Part shown: piece after piece, positions 1-11,789 of the stretch
Layout of the letters: each line of letters begins with the position of its first letter
How positions within the stretch are numbered: the stretch's first letter is position 1
DNA from: Geosiphon pyriformis uo1
Taxonomy: Eukaryota; Fungi; Glomeromycota
Reading direction: 5' to 3'
DNA length: 23,994 nucleotides
NCBI GenBank assembly: GCA_016748015.1
Contig: JAAOMT010000195.1
Location: forward strand, 1-23,994
Translations under genes and position numbers: made by a program
The notes under the pieces: generated by a model
What the model saw: the letters and a program-made list of their open reading frames with translations, nothing else
The model's database searches: none
What the model was told of the DNA's origin: nothing

Positions 1-232
1 AAAAACATAATAATAATATAAAATACATAATTAAATAATCTTTAATAAGATTTATAAATTAATATATTTTTATAAAAAATAAGTAATCTAAAAAAATTTT
101 TAATAAAAAATATACTTTTAATAAAAGCAATAAGTTTTAAATTATAAAAAACATTTTAATTTTATAAATATTTTATTTTTATTTTTTTGGTTTTCTGATA
201 CTATTTTTAATAATACTTAGAAAACAATTTTT

Positions 233-810
233 AGTGCTTAATATTATTTTTAAGATCAAATTGGTCTTAGTTATTTTTTGTTCAATTTATTGTCTGGTTT
301 TATTAAATTAAAATTAGTTTTAAAAAACAATATTAAGTTGTTTTGTATAAATTTTGTTTTTAATTATTGTTATTAAAATTTTTATTGATAATTTTATTTT
401 TTTAATTATATTTAAGATTATAAAATTTTTTATAGTGGCTTTTGTTTTTTTTGTTGTATTTTATAATATTTCTTTTACATATTTTTTAATAACATTAAAA
501 ATACTTTTAATGTTTTTGATATTATTATTTTAATTAAGTTAAAGTTTTCTAGTTTATAATAATATATTATTATTTGTTTTAAGAAATTTTTTTCTGTTAT
601 TGTTATTACTATTGCTTATTAATTTATATTAATAAAAAAACAGTATTAATTTTTTTTTGCTTATTTAAAAAGAAATTAATATTTTAAAAACATTTTTAAA
701 CTCAAGTTAATTAATTTTTTTTTGGTTATATTGTTTTTAAAATTAGTTATTTGATTTTTTAAGTTAGTAGTTATAATTGTTTTATTTTTATTATTATTAA
801 TATTTTGTTG
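233..810 (+). repeat. Copy 1 of a 578-bp AT-rich direct duplication
   Basis: agtgcttaatattatttttaagatc...tattttgttg is repeated at 1056-1633, identical by eye except a 43-bp inversion and three adjacent C/T differences. Confidence 0.95.
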
Positions 811-1055
811 TTATAACTTTTATGTTTTTAATAATTTTAAATTTAACTGTTTTAAAAATTGGCATTTTATATAAATATTATTATTATTACAAATCTTAAA
901 ATTAAAAAATTTTATTTTTAGATTATAAAACATTACTATTTTTTTTCTTAAGTTTTTTTTAAGTCTGTTAATAACTTAAAAACTTGTTTTATTTTTTGTT
1001 TATATAAAATTTTATGCTAAAACTTTTGTTTTTTTNNNNNNNNNNNNNNNNNNNN

Positions 1056-1633
1056 AGTGCTTAATATTATTTTTAAGATCAAATTGGTCTTAGTTATTTT
1101 TTGTTCAATTTATTGTCTGGTTTTATTAAATTAAAATTAGTTTTAAAAAACAATATTAAGTTGTTTTGTATAAATTTTGTTTTTAATTATTGTTATTAAA
1201 ATTTTTATTGATAATTTTATTTTTTTAATTATATTTAAGATTATAAAATTTTTTATAGTGGCTTTTGTTTTTTTTGTTGTATTTTATAATATTTCTTTTA
1301 CATATTTTCTAATAATATTAAAAATACTTTAACTTAATTAAAATAATAATATCAAAAACATTAAAAGTTTTTTAGTTTATAATAATATATTATTATTTGT
1401 TTTAAGAAATTTTTTTCTGTTATTGTTATTACTATTGCTTATTAATTTATATTAATAAAAAAACAGTATTAATTTTTTTTTGCTTATTTAAAAAGAAATT
1501 AATATTTTAAAAACATTTTTAAACTCAAGTTAATTAATTTTTTTTTGGTTATATTGTTTTTAAAATTAGTTATTTGATTTTTTAAGTTAGTAGTTATAAT
1601 TGTTTTATTTTTATTATTATTAATATTTTGTTG
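1056..1633 (+). repeat. Copy 2 of the 578-bp duplication; a whole contig between two N gaps
   Basis: Matches 233-810; bounded by gaps 1036-1055 and 1634-2270, so possibly an alternative haplotype or paralog contig. Confidence 0.95.
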
Positions 1634-2270
1634 NNNNNNNNNNNNNNNNNNNNNNNNNNNNNNNNNNNNNNNNNNNNNNNNNNNNNNNNNNNNNNNNNNN
1701 NNNNNNNNNNNNNNNNNNNNNNNNNNNNNNNNNNNNNNNNNNNNNNNNNNNNNNNNNNNNNNNNNNNNNNNNNNNNNNNNNNNNNNNNNNNNNNNNNNNN
1801 NNNNNNNNNNNNNNNNNNNNNNNNNNNNNNNNNNNNNNNNNNNNNNNNNNNNNNNNNNNNNNNNNNNNNNNNNNNNNNNNNNNNNNNNNNNNNNNNNNNN
1901 NNNNNNNNNNNNNNNNNNNNNNNNNNNNNNNNNNNNNNNNNNNNNNNNNNNNNNNNNNNNNNNNNNNNNNNNNNNNNNNNNNNNNNNNNNNNNNNNNNNN
2001 NNNNNNNNNNNNNNNNNNNNNNNNNNNNNNNNNNNNNNNNNNNNNNNNNNNNNNNNNNNNNNNNNNNNNNNNNNNNNNNNNNNNNNNNNNNNNNNNNNNN
2101 NNNNNNNNNNNNNNNNNNNNNNNNNNNNNNNNNNNNNNNNNNNNNNNNNNNNNNNNNNNNNNNNNNNNNNNNNNNNNNNNNNNNNNNNNNNNNNNNNNNN
2201 NNNNNNNNNNNNNNNNNNNNNNNNNNNNNNNNNNNNNNNNNNNNNNNNNNNNNNNNNNNNNNNNNNNNNN
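1634..2270. other. Scaffold gap (637 N)
   Basis: Run of N. Further 20-N gaps at 1036-1055, 11453-11472, 19242-19261, 19908-19927, 20762-20781 and 22122-22141. Confidence 1.
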
Positions 2271-4158
2271 AAAAAAAAAAGAATGAATAGTGTGTACTTT
2301 CGCAGTATGTTTTACAAAAAGCCTAAGAATTTTAAGAATTCTAAGATTAACATTAGTGTAGTTGATTCATTTGCTGGCTCATTAGATCTGACCAATATTG
2401 GCAATATTGATTATAAGTTTTTGAAGTCTTAGGGTAGTGAAATAAAAAGTAAAGCAAGTAGTATAAGTAATCTGTTGGACTTAAAGAACATAAAAAATAC
2501 TGTCACTAAAGAAACTAGTTATTCTGACTTAAACACTTTAATAATAAATAACATAGAAGACAATACCATACTCAAGAAAATGTGCACTCACATATATATA
2601 TTAGATTAACTTCTGAAAACTTCTTTATTTGACATTTTAAGTAATAATGAAAATACTGTAACTCTTTTATCTTTTAAGTTTACAGACTTCAAAAAATTGT
2701 ACTTGGTTGGATTACATGTATTGAAAAAGAGAATTTTCGATTCTGTTAAGTCATTTGTATTAGATATTGAGTTATCTGTTTTACTTGGCAAGATTATTGA
2801 TGACAAGTTGATTGCTGTAAAAAAATTTTCTATTGAGTTAACAGTTTTAGAAAAGTATTTGCTTTCTCAAAATTTTCTGACATCATTAGATTTTTTTTAT
2901 TTTCGAATTTAGTTTAATCAAGGCTAAGAAAATAACTATCTATGAGAAAATTTTAGTGAATAATAAGGTTAAGAAACCAAACAATCAGTCAGATCAAGAA
3001 GTGATTGTCAAAAAAATTCCAGTTGATTTTCTCAAATCAGCTATGGAATTAGTCTTTTCCAAATTTGGCAAGATTGTTTTAATCAAATTTTAATTGATTG
3101 GTCTTTGGCAAAAGACTTTAGTTGAGTTTGAATCATCTAATATTGCCAGTTTGGTTGCTTTTAAATAATTGGTACTTATAAAAAAAGACTTTGTGCATGT
3201 GACTTTGATGATTGAGAATAAACAATCATGAATATCAAAAAATCAATATAAGGCTTTGTTGTATACTCTTCTGATTGGCACAACAGTTCATGATTTGTCT
3301 GAATTGTTGGTATTATATGATAGGAAAACTTGTTTTATTGGTTATAATTCAGTTACATATGTTTATAATAGATGTGTTGTGATTTGTTTTAGTAATAAGA
3401 CATTTAGATTGGCTGTTGTTAGTTCTATTCCTATCTTTAAGTGTATAAATTTGCATTGGGCTAGTCTTTTTTTGGCTTGTTGTGTTAGTTGTAAACAATT
3501 TAGTCATGTTTCTGTTAATTGTTCAATGAATAAAAATTCTGGTGCTTATAGTAAGCAGATAGTAACTTTTTAGAATCAGATTTGTTTGGCCAATATTTAT
3601 AAGAAAAAACAAACACTCATCATTTGCCCAGTTTTTTTTAATGGCAAAACTTAGGCCCAAGTTGCTAGTGGTTTTTTTTTTCATGTGGTTTTGTCAGATT
3701 TTTTTGGTACTGATTCATTTTCAGGTTTAAAACCCATCTTAATAGTTTCCAGTTCTCTTGATGTTTCTAATTTAATTAATTGTTTGAATTCTTTGGAGTA
3801 CTTTTTAGAGTTTTTGGCTAATTAAGTGTCTGGTATTTTAAAAAAATTGAGTTTTAATAAAATGGCTTTATTGGCATCTTTTTTTTATGTTTCTCTTAAA
3901 GTTATTTCTGAGTCTCTGGTTTCAAATTTAGATATAAATATGGCTTTAGATAGTGTGTTGATGTTATCTGCTCCTTCTCTTTCAGCTGTTGATAGTGCAG
4001 TTGCAGACCTCAGCTCAAATAGTTTTAGAGTATTAACCTCCAAAATGGGTGGTCTGAAATTAAAAATAGTGGCTTTAGAAGTGTTAGTAAATTTGGTCTT
4101 AGAAAAATTAGATTGTTTGTGTTCTGGTCTGGATTTGCCAGCTCTCTTTTTATCTTAA
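2271..4158 (+). pseudogene. LINE-A ORF1 (nucleic-acid-binding, gag-like protein), disrupted
   Basis: Fragments 2697-2912, 3256-3573, 3826-4158; CX2CX4HX4C knuckle CVSCKQFSHVSVNC at 3481-3522; C-terminal heptad-like LKLKIVALEVLVNLVLEKLD; lies directly upstream of the APE domain. Confidence 0.8.
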
Positions 4159-4850
4159 TAAGTGGGCTGGTTTGGAAATTTGTTATATGCAATGTTAAAG
4201 ATATGAACAATTTTGCTAAGCAAAAAGATATTATTTGTTGGCATAAAGTAATAAACAATCTGGTTATTATCATTACTAAAACAAATTTGAAGAGTAAGAT
4301 TTGTTCTTGGATTATAAATAAATTTGATAACATTTATGTGTTTACTTCTGGTTTGAATTCTGGCTACTTGAGCTTTGATATTGCTATTATAATGAATATT
4401 GGTTTGGCAAAACATATATGCAAGATTTCGGATGTGACTGACAGACTCTTGTCTATAAAGCTGCTTTTTAAGAATAAGTTGTCTGTTTTAATTTTGGGTT
4501 TTTATGCTAGTATCACTCTAACCATACATCTGTCTCAAGCTAGTGATGTCAACTTGCTGATTGCAAGAACAGTGAATGAATTTTTTTTTGTTATCTTGGG
4601 TGAAAATTTCAATAAAGATGGTTTATGTAGGTGTGCCAGTTTCAAAAAATGTTTTGATTTAGGATTGGTAAATTCTCTGTTAAGTAGTCCAGTTATTAAA
4701 AATTATACATAGAAGAATTTGAGGGGTGCCAAAAAGACAATAGACTATGTGTTTGTTTCTTCAAATTTAATCAATATGATAATGAGTCATAATGTATTGG
4801 ATGTCAATAAACACTTTGATACTGACCACTAAGCTGTTTCTATGTCCATA
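4158..4850 (+). pseudogene. AP-endonuclease domain of LINE-A
   Basis: WKFVICNVKDMN (cf. TxNVRG), VILGENFN (cf. GDFN), IDYVFVS at about 4740-4760, DTDH at 4818-4829 (cf. SDH). Confidence 0.88.
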
Positions 4851-5679
4851 AGTTTGGATGGACTGTTGAATATACAGTTAAATTTTCTTTATAAACAGGC
4901 AAATAGAAATTTTTGGAAGTTTAATGTCAAAAATGCTGGTGAGACAAATTGGTATAAGTTTAAAGAGTTTACAGTAATTAATACAGCATTGTTTTTTGAT
5001 GAGTTTGTTGTTTCCAAGAGGTTTTTGGATTTAAATGCTATGTGGAATGTTGTTTACAAGATAATGTGTCTCTCAGTAAATGAAATTTTCAAGAAAAAAT
5101 GGTTTAAAAATTATGATAGTGTCTTTATCAAGAAATTTTTTAAGTTTCATAAACTAAAAATTTTAGTGTTGAAAATTGTCAAGTCTTTGCATGAGGGTGT
5201 TAAAAGTATTTTTGAATCTTTAATAAGCTGTTAGATATTGATAAGACTTTGTTTGTTCAAGCTCTGTTGGATTCTAATACAGATCTTGATCATGTACATT
5301 TGGCTTTTTTTAGTGTAAGGAAATCATATTGTGTCTTCAAGTTTGCTAAGTCTTTGCAGACTAAGGAGTCTTAAATAAAGTCAGCTATTAATAAACAGAT
5401 GGAAAGTTTTGCAATCAATAAGAGTTATACAATCAGATATGTGCTGAAGCACTATTTTTAGAAGGTGGTATTGAACCATCTGGTCATTAAGAATAAACTG
5501 ATTTTGGAGTCTAATCTGGTTAAGACTAAGGTGAATGGGATTATAGAAGACTGAACTAGGAAACATAAAATAGTGGCAGATTTATCTGATAATTGGTCTT
5601 ATTAATATTGGCCTTTGGAGTACATTTTTATAATGCTTTTTCAAATGTAATGTGTTCAATTGGTTTCAATGAATTGCTT

Positions 5680-6670
5680 AGTATAGTTTCTAATCTGCCT
5701 AATGGCAAAGCTGCTGGTTTTTCTGAAGTCTCAAATGAACTTTGGAAGCACTGTGACAAATTAATCTTAGATATGCTTTTAGTGCTTTTAAATTTTTGTT
5801 TGTCTTAAAATTGGTGTTTGGTGCTTGGAAAAAAGCTTGAATTTCGATGATTTCCAAGTTTTATTAGTGAGAAGGGGTTTTTATAAATACTTATTCTATT
5901 GCTTTAATTAAAACTGCTTATAAGATTTTTTTTAAGATTCTTTCAGACAAGATCTCTTTGACATGTAGTGCTTATGATGTATTGCAAAGGAACAATTTCT
6001 CAGTTTTAAAAGATACAACAATACAATTTTCTATTTTTGCTGTTAATTTAGTTATTGAGAATGCTTTGGAAAAAGACTGTAAACTCTGACTGGTCTTGCA
6101 GAACATGCAAAAGGCCTATGATTCTGTTAAATAGGAGCATCTTAAGAGAAGCTTGGTCAGGATAAAGATGTGTGACAAATTTATTAAATTTTTTGGTAAT
6201 ATTTACAATAATTGTGTTAACAAAGTTATAACTGATTTTGGGTTGACAAATAAGTATCAGATGCATGATGGTTTGGATCAAAGTGAAGTGTTTTTACCTC
6301 TTTTTTGGTGCATATTTTATGATTTTCTTTTATATGAAATCAAAAGACAAGAAAGTATGTGTGTATATAGATTGAATTTTTATTTTATTGCCAAAACTGG
6401 TTGTGTAAAATTTTAGGCTAAATTGACATCTTTTTTTGCTACTGGAGCTTTTGTTAATAATACAATCTAAGTTGGTCACAGTTAGACTGCAATACAACAT
6501 ATTCTCAATATTGCTAGTAAATTTTTTAGAATTAATAATATTTTTATTAATAATAATAAAACAGTGGCTATTCCTATTAATTGCAGAATTGAATGCCCTT
6601 TTTTGTTAATCTGTAATTTGCCTATTTTTATTGCCAAGAAAAAGAAGTTTTATCATTATCTGGATATTTT
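5680..6670 (+). pseudogene. Non-LTR reverse transcriptase domain of LINE-A
   Basis: LPNGKAAGFSEVSNELWK; L*LVLQNMQKAYDSV at about 6084-6128 (cf. DxxKAYDSV); GLDQSEVFLPLFW (cf. GxxQGxxxSP); FVNN at 6450-6461 corresponds to the catalytic FVDD with both Asp changed to Asn. Confidence 0.9.
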
Positions 6671-7539
6671 TTTGTTCACTGAAGATTTGTCAAAGTCTAA
6701 TTTGGTTAAGGCACATTCAGATGTCAGGTTTTTTGCCAATCTTGTGCTAAAGAAGACATTTCAGATAAACAGTTCTCATATTTAGTATCAGCTGTTCTCT
6801 ATCCTATTGTTAGTTACAAAATGCAGTTTAGTTTTATTCCTATTGGAGTGTGTGAGAAATGGAATGCTTTGATTTGCAAGAGCTTAAAATTGAAATCTGG
6901 TCTGCTTCTTAACTTTTGCAGCAATGCACTTTACTATTTTTTATTATATGGTTTAAAAATTTTTGAACAAGTTCAGACTGAGAGCAAAATGGCTTCTGTT
7001 GTGTGGTTTGCAAATTTTGTTGGGATTTTGGGTCGTTTGTTTTTATACAGGTCTCTTGATTTGCAGGCTCTAAGTTGGTGTTCACTCTATCATTTAAGTT
7101 CTCCAGCTTGTATTAGGATCAATTCATTTAATAACTTTTTGATGAGCATGGTTTGTATTTTTCTTAGGTACAATTTATCTTTGAATGGTCCAATAGTCAG
7201 TTCTTTTTATTTTTGGGATGAAACTCCTATGTTAGTTGTTTTTGTTAAGTGTTAGTTCTTTAAGTTTTTTTTTTTACTTTAGCAATATGACATAGCCTTT
7301 GTGGAGCAGCTTTGTGGTCGGAAGGGTGTTGTTTTTGATTGGAAAACCTTTAAGCATTGAAAAAAACTGGATTCACATGGCTTTGTTCTTAATTGGTTTA
7401 AGTTTTCTGTTGATTTTCTTAATGATGTGGCTTTTTTTTCTACTGGTCTTTTTTTTTTAAATGGTTTTAGACTTTTAAATATTCTGAAGTCTAATGAGTT
7501 TAGGCATGTTCATGATTGTTTGTTAGATATTACAGCTGA

Positions 7540-7940
7540 CAGCCTTTCTGTTTATACAGATAGATTTCTGAGAAACTTAAAAAGTGCTAACATGAGGACT
7601 AAAACAGTGGTTTTTTTGAGGATGTAAACTTGGGTTTGAGAATTAAGATTTTTGGTTTGTTATTTTCTACTTTGGCAGAGCTGCAAGTCATTGTATTGGC
7701 TCTTAAATATGTTTCTTCTTTTAGCTCAGTTTGGCTTTTTATGAACAATTAAACTGCCTTGAATGCATGCAAGTTGGAATTAAATCTGGTACATCCAGAT
7801 TTTCGGAATTGGTGTTAGATTGAACATTGACACATTGTGAACATTATTAGAGAAAAAAATTTAAATATTAGTTGGTGTAAATTTAAAGATTATTTAAGTA
7901 TCTTGAGTAATGAATATGCTGATGTACTTGTCAATACTGC
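7540..7940 (+). pseudogene. RNase H domain of LINE-A
   Basis: LSVYTDRFL (cf. YTDGS), LAELQVIVLAL, KFKDYLSILSNEYADVL (cf. KVKGHxGxxGNExAD); aligns with the better preserved LINE-B copy. Confidence 0.85.
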
Positions 7941-8831
7941 TTTTTTTTCCTTCTAGTGTCTTTTTTTTAATGTGAAAAGACATTGTATTTTGGCTGAGAG
8001 TATTGTCATTTTTGATAATTCTAAACATTTTGTTCATGGAATTTTTTGGTCCATTAATTGTGCATATTGGAAGATTGGTTTTGGATCTGAAATTTTAAAT
8101 AATAGTTTGTTTTTAGATATTGATTGGCTTAGCTCATCTTTGATATGGCAACCCAATTTATATATGGCTACTAGTTTTACTAATAAGATTATTGTTAACA
8201 CTCATACATATTTCATAAAAGCTTTGTATTGTCAATTGCCAGTTGTTGTTCAAAAACACCTATATGACAAGTATTACTCTAATGTATTGTATTTGTATTG
8301 TGGTAATATTGAGGTTTCAGATTATGTTTTTTCTTATGTGGTTAATGATTCAGTTTGTCATTATTTATTGAAAGCCTATATAGCTGTTTGGTATATGCTT
8401 TCTGGTTTTTTTTTTTCCTTTTTATGTATGTCTCAATTGTTGTTCTCTTGTGTTTCAAATGTTGCAGTGTATATAGCTCTTTACAAAAACTTTGTCTTTA
8501 GAAATTGGCTTCGAAAGACTGTATCTGTTTTTAAAGATTCTAAAGTTGTAAATTAGAAGGTTATGGACTTTATACATGGTTTTTGTCTTGCTTTTAGGAA
8601 GGAGATTTGGTTAGTTTGCACTAAACATCATGCTTTTATAGAAAAAAATGGGCTTATATTATGTAATGATTTAATTTTGAAATTGGTTTCTGAACTGTCT
8701 TCATTATTTTTTGCTGGTGTGATTAAATTGCTAAGTATTGATAAAGCATTTGGTGTTGCTTTTGGGTTTTAGAGATCTTGTTTGTTTTTTCAGGTTTTAG
8801 AAACTCTGTTTCTATTTATATAGGTGCTTAA

Positions 8832-8960
8832 TGTTGTTTTGATTAGCTTAAATAGCTGATTATGTGTAGAAAATACATGATTCATATCTAGTTTAGATTG
8901 ATTATTTGATGTATTGTACTAAGTAGTGTTTAGATTTTACTCATTAAAAATAAAAAAAAA
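8832..8960 (+). other. LINE-A 3' UTR and poly-A tail
   Basis: Homologous to the LINE-B 3' UTR (tgtactaagtagtgtttagattttactcatt vs tgtactaaatagcagttggactttacttatt), followed by aaaaataaaaaaaaa. Confidence 0.85.
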
Positions 8961-9102
8961 TAAAATAAATAAATTTAATATTAATATAATATTAAAAAAA
9001 CTAAATTATTTTTAAGTAAGTTTATTTTTTAATAATGAAAATATAAATAATAATAATATTAAATTATATAAGTTGAGTTTCTTTTTAAATTTTTTTAATT
9101 TA

Positions 9103-9219
9103 GCTTAATTATTTTTTAACTTAAATAGTTAATTATATATAAAAAGTATATAAATTAAATTATTTAAATATTATATTATACTAAATAGCAATTAAATTTT
9201 ATTTTGTTAAAATAAATAA
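9103..9219 (+). mobile_element. Third, AT-saturated LINE 3'-end relic
   Basis: gcttaa...aacttaaatagttaattatatataaaaagtatataa and tatactaaatagcaattaaattttattttgtt match the LINE-A/B stop codon and 3' UTR, with most C/G converted to T/A. Confidence 0.7.
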
Positions 9220-9539
9220 ATGTATTTTATTTTTATTATAATTAATATTTTTTTTAAAAACAACTAATTAATAACAAAAATAACAAAAAAAATATTAAAA
9301 TTAAAAAAACATAAAAAACTTAATTGTAAATTTCTTAATAATTTTAAAAATTAATTATTTAAAAATTATTGTATTAAACTATATTATTATAAATTTTAAA
9401 CTAGTATTGAAACTTTAATTTTAATAATATTAATAAAATTTTTAATTATTAAAATATATGTTTTATTAATAATATTTTTAATATATATACTTATTATTAA
9501 ATTTATATAATAAAAAATTAAATTAAAAAATAATAATAT

Positions 9540-10605
9540 TAAACATAATAAAAATAGATTAGGTTTTCTTGTTAAACTTAATGTTGATTGTTTTGTTTTG
9601 TTTATAACTATAAATAACTATGATATTTTTCTGAAAAAAATGGTCATTAATTTGGCTAGTAATTATAATAATTATTATTTTCAAGTAATAGTATTTTAAA
9701 AAGCAGTATTTATTGTTAAAATAAGATTTATCTGTATTTTTTCAATAATTTAGTCTAAAAATTTCTGTTAAAATTGTAAAAATAAAATTTTTTAGAAGTT
9801 TTTAGAGTTTTAAGCTAAAATTTAATAAACTGATTAAATATTATATTATTTTTTAGAATCTAAGAATATAACAATATTATAGATAATAAAAATCTTAACT
9901 TTTTGCTAACAGTAAATTGTAATTTTTTTGTTTAAATTGTTGTTTAATATTACTTTCTGTATTTAATTTGAGTTTTTTAGGAGTTTTAATATTGTGGTTT
10001 TTTTTTAAGCTATAAGTAATAATTTTGTGTATATAATTTAATTTTTTGTTAATAAAAAGAAGAATTTCTGTAGCTGCTTTTTTAGTAATTAAAATTGAAT
10101 ATAATAATAAATTTTAATAAATCTGTTTTTCGAGTTTTTAATATCTATTGTTTTGCTTAAATAATAGTTGATCTTGGCATATTATAATACAAAAAATCAC
10201 TTTTAGTTACAAATATTTTTTTTTGAAATTTCTAAATTTTTCAAAAATATTAATATAATGCTTTTCTAAAAAACAAAATTTTTTTTTTAACTGTTTTAAT
10301 AGTTACTACTTTGTAAGTTTTTTAAATATTTTGTCTTAGAATTTTATAATTTCACAAAAAACACTAAATATTATAAGTAAATTTGGTAAGATATGTTTAT
10401 AACATTTGGCATACATAATTTGATAAAAGTCAGTTAAATATAAATAAATTGGTTTTGTTGGTTAAATTAATTATTATTTTTTGAAAAATTTTTGTTTGAA
10501 GTTCTATTTATTGAGTTTTTTGTTATAAAACACAAAAACGTTGTTACTTTAAATATAGTGTTATAGTTATGTTTTTTTTTGAGTTAATAAGCACAGTTAC
10601 TAAGA
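9540..10605 (-). mobile_element. Gypsy-C: heavily decayed 5' internal/gag relic of a related LTR element
   Basis: Minus-strand frameshifted translation near 10140-10210, VTKSDFLYY.(N)AKINYYLSK, resembles Gypsy-A gag PAESALTYYINARINYHIGK; boundaries uncertain. Confidence 0.5.
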
Positions 10606-10713
10606 TTTAGTATTGTTTTTTTGCTTTTTTAATAAACTAACAAAATAAAATTAATATTTAAACCTAAAAAAAGCTTTTTTTTAACAAGTTATTACAAAGT
10701 TTATTTTCAACAG

Positions 10714-11452
10714 TGTTATAGAAAGGTTTTTCTTAGTATATTTTAATTGTTGATATCCTGTTTTAATTGCAATCAGTCTTTCGTGAGTTTCTTGATTTTA
10801 TGTGTTAGATATTAATGATAATGTACTGAAGATTTTTTCTTGATGTTGTGATGTAAGTCTTTTCTTTAATTCTAGTTGTCTTTATATGTTGTGTACTTCT
10901 TTTCAGAGGCTAATCTGAAATCTACCTATTGTTTGGGGTCTTCTTTAAGGCTATTCTTGCAATTGCCTGATGTGTTTCTCTAATCTAGAAACACAGAATA
11001 TTAATGGTCTTTTTGTGATTTTCCTAAGTATATAATAAAGCTTTTTTAATTTAATTAGTAACCATGTGAATAATCTTAATCAGAGATTATTCTTTCAAAA
11101 AGTTCAAAGATAGAATGATAGTTTCATTCGCTAGAAAGAATATGAGAACTCTATTATTAATCTCATAATTGTAATGTTAATTCAATTTATTATTTTTATT
11201 AATTTTTTTTGAATAAAATTTTATTTAGATATTTGTTGCTTTGAGTTGAAGCTGTTTTTTCTTCATCATTAAAACTATTATATATATATATAATTATTGT
11301 TTTACAAAATAATGTCTTGTAATACTTTATTTCTATTATTTCTAAATAGTGCTTGTTGCTATTGTATGGTAGTGCTTGCTGTTATTTGTAAATCATTTTT
11401 TTTATAAATTGTTGCTGTGCTATTTCATAATTGGCTAATTTATATTATTTAT
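10714..11452 (-). repeat. Gypsy-A 3' LTR (inner end lost in gap)
   Basis: Begins tgttatagaaagg at 10714; aligns over about 740 bp to 17553-18310, differing mostly by transitions. Confidence 0.93.
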
Positions 11453-11472
11453 NNNNNNNNNNNNNNNNNNNN

Positions 11473-11750
11473 AGATTCATAGTTAAATTCAATAATACTT
11501 TGTGACAGTTTTCAAAAGCCTTAAAAATTCTGTAAACAGCTTTTATATAAAGTATATTGTTGGTTTTTCTAATAAAACTTTCCAATTGTTGTATTGTTGT
11601 TTTGCTGAATACTTTGACTGAATCTTTTGAGTATAATGTTTTGATAATTTTTGGAACTTAATTAGTTCTTTTATCAGTGTGTCTTCATCTAACTGTAGTG
11701 TTTTCAAGTATTGGCTAAGATTTTTGTAAAGGTAATTGTTCATTGTTTAT
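11473..11750 (-). pseudogene. Gypsy-A integrase remnant (pre-integrase linker fused to C-terminal GPY/F-like segment)
   Basis: NLSQYLKTLQL...LSKHYT followed directly by QQYNNWKVLL (cf. F/YxIGDKVLL) and KLFTEFLRLLKTV (cf. KLxPxFxGPFxI); no HHCC or DDE core visible. Confidence 0.6.
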
Positions 11751-11789
11751 AAATTAGTTGTTGTTTGATGGTTTTTATGTATGTCTTAT

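Larger units (their letters stand above)
4158..8831 (+). pseudogene. LINE-A ORF2 polyprotein (AP endonuclease, reverse transcriptase, RNase H, C-terminal Zn finger), disrupted
   Basis: All domain motifs occur in the canonical order; ends SIYIGA* at 8831, matching SVHIDV* of LINE-B; decayed Zn finger LYLYCGNIEVSDYVFSY near 8287-8340. Confidence 0.92.
2271..8960 (+). mobile_element. LINE-A: decayed non-LTR retrotransposon (APE-RT-RNase H type), 5' end hidden in the gap
   Basis: Collinear ORF1 and ORF2 remnants, short 3' UTR and A-rich tail at about 8946-8960; many premature stops and frameshifts. Confidence 0.93.

Noticed and set aside
1-1035. Possible gag relic on the minus strand
   Set aside because: Too AT-saturated to recover any diagnostic motif
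1628-2290. 220-aa ORF in the track
   Set aside because: Consists almost entirely of N gap
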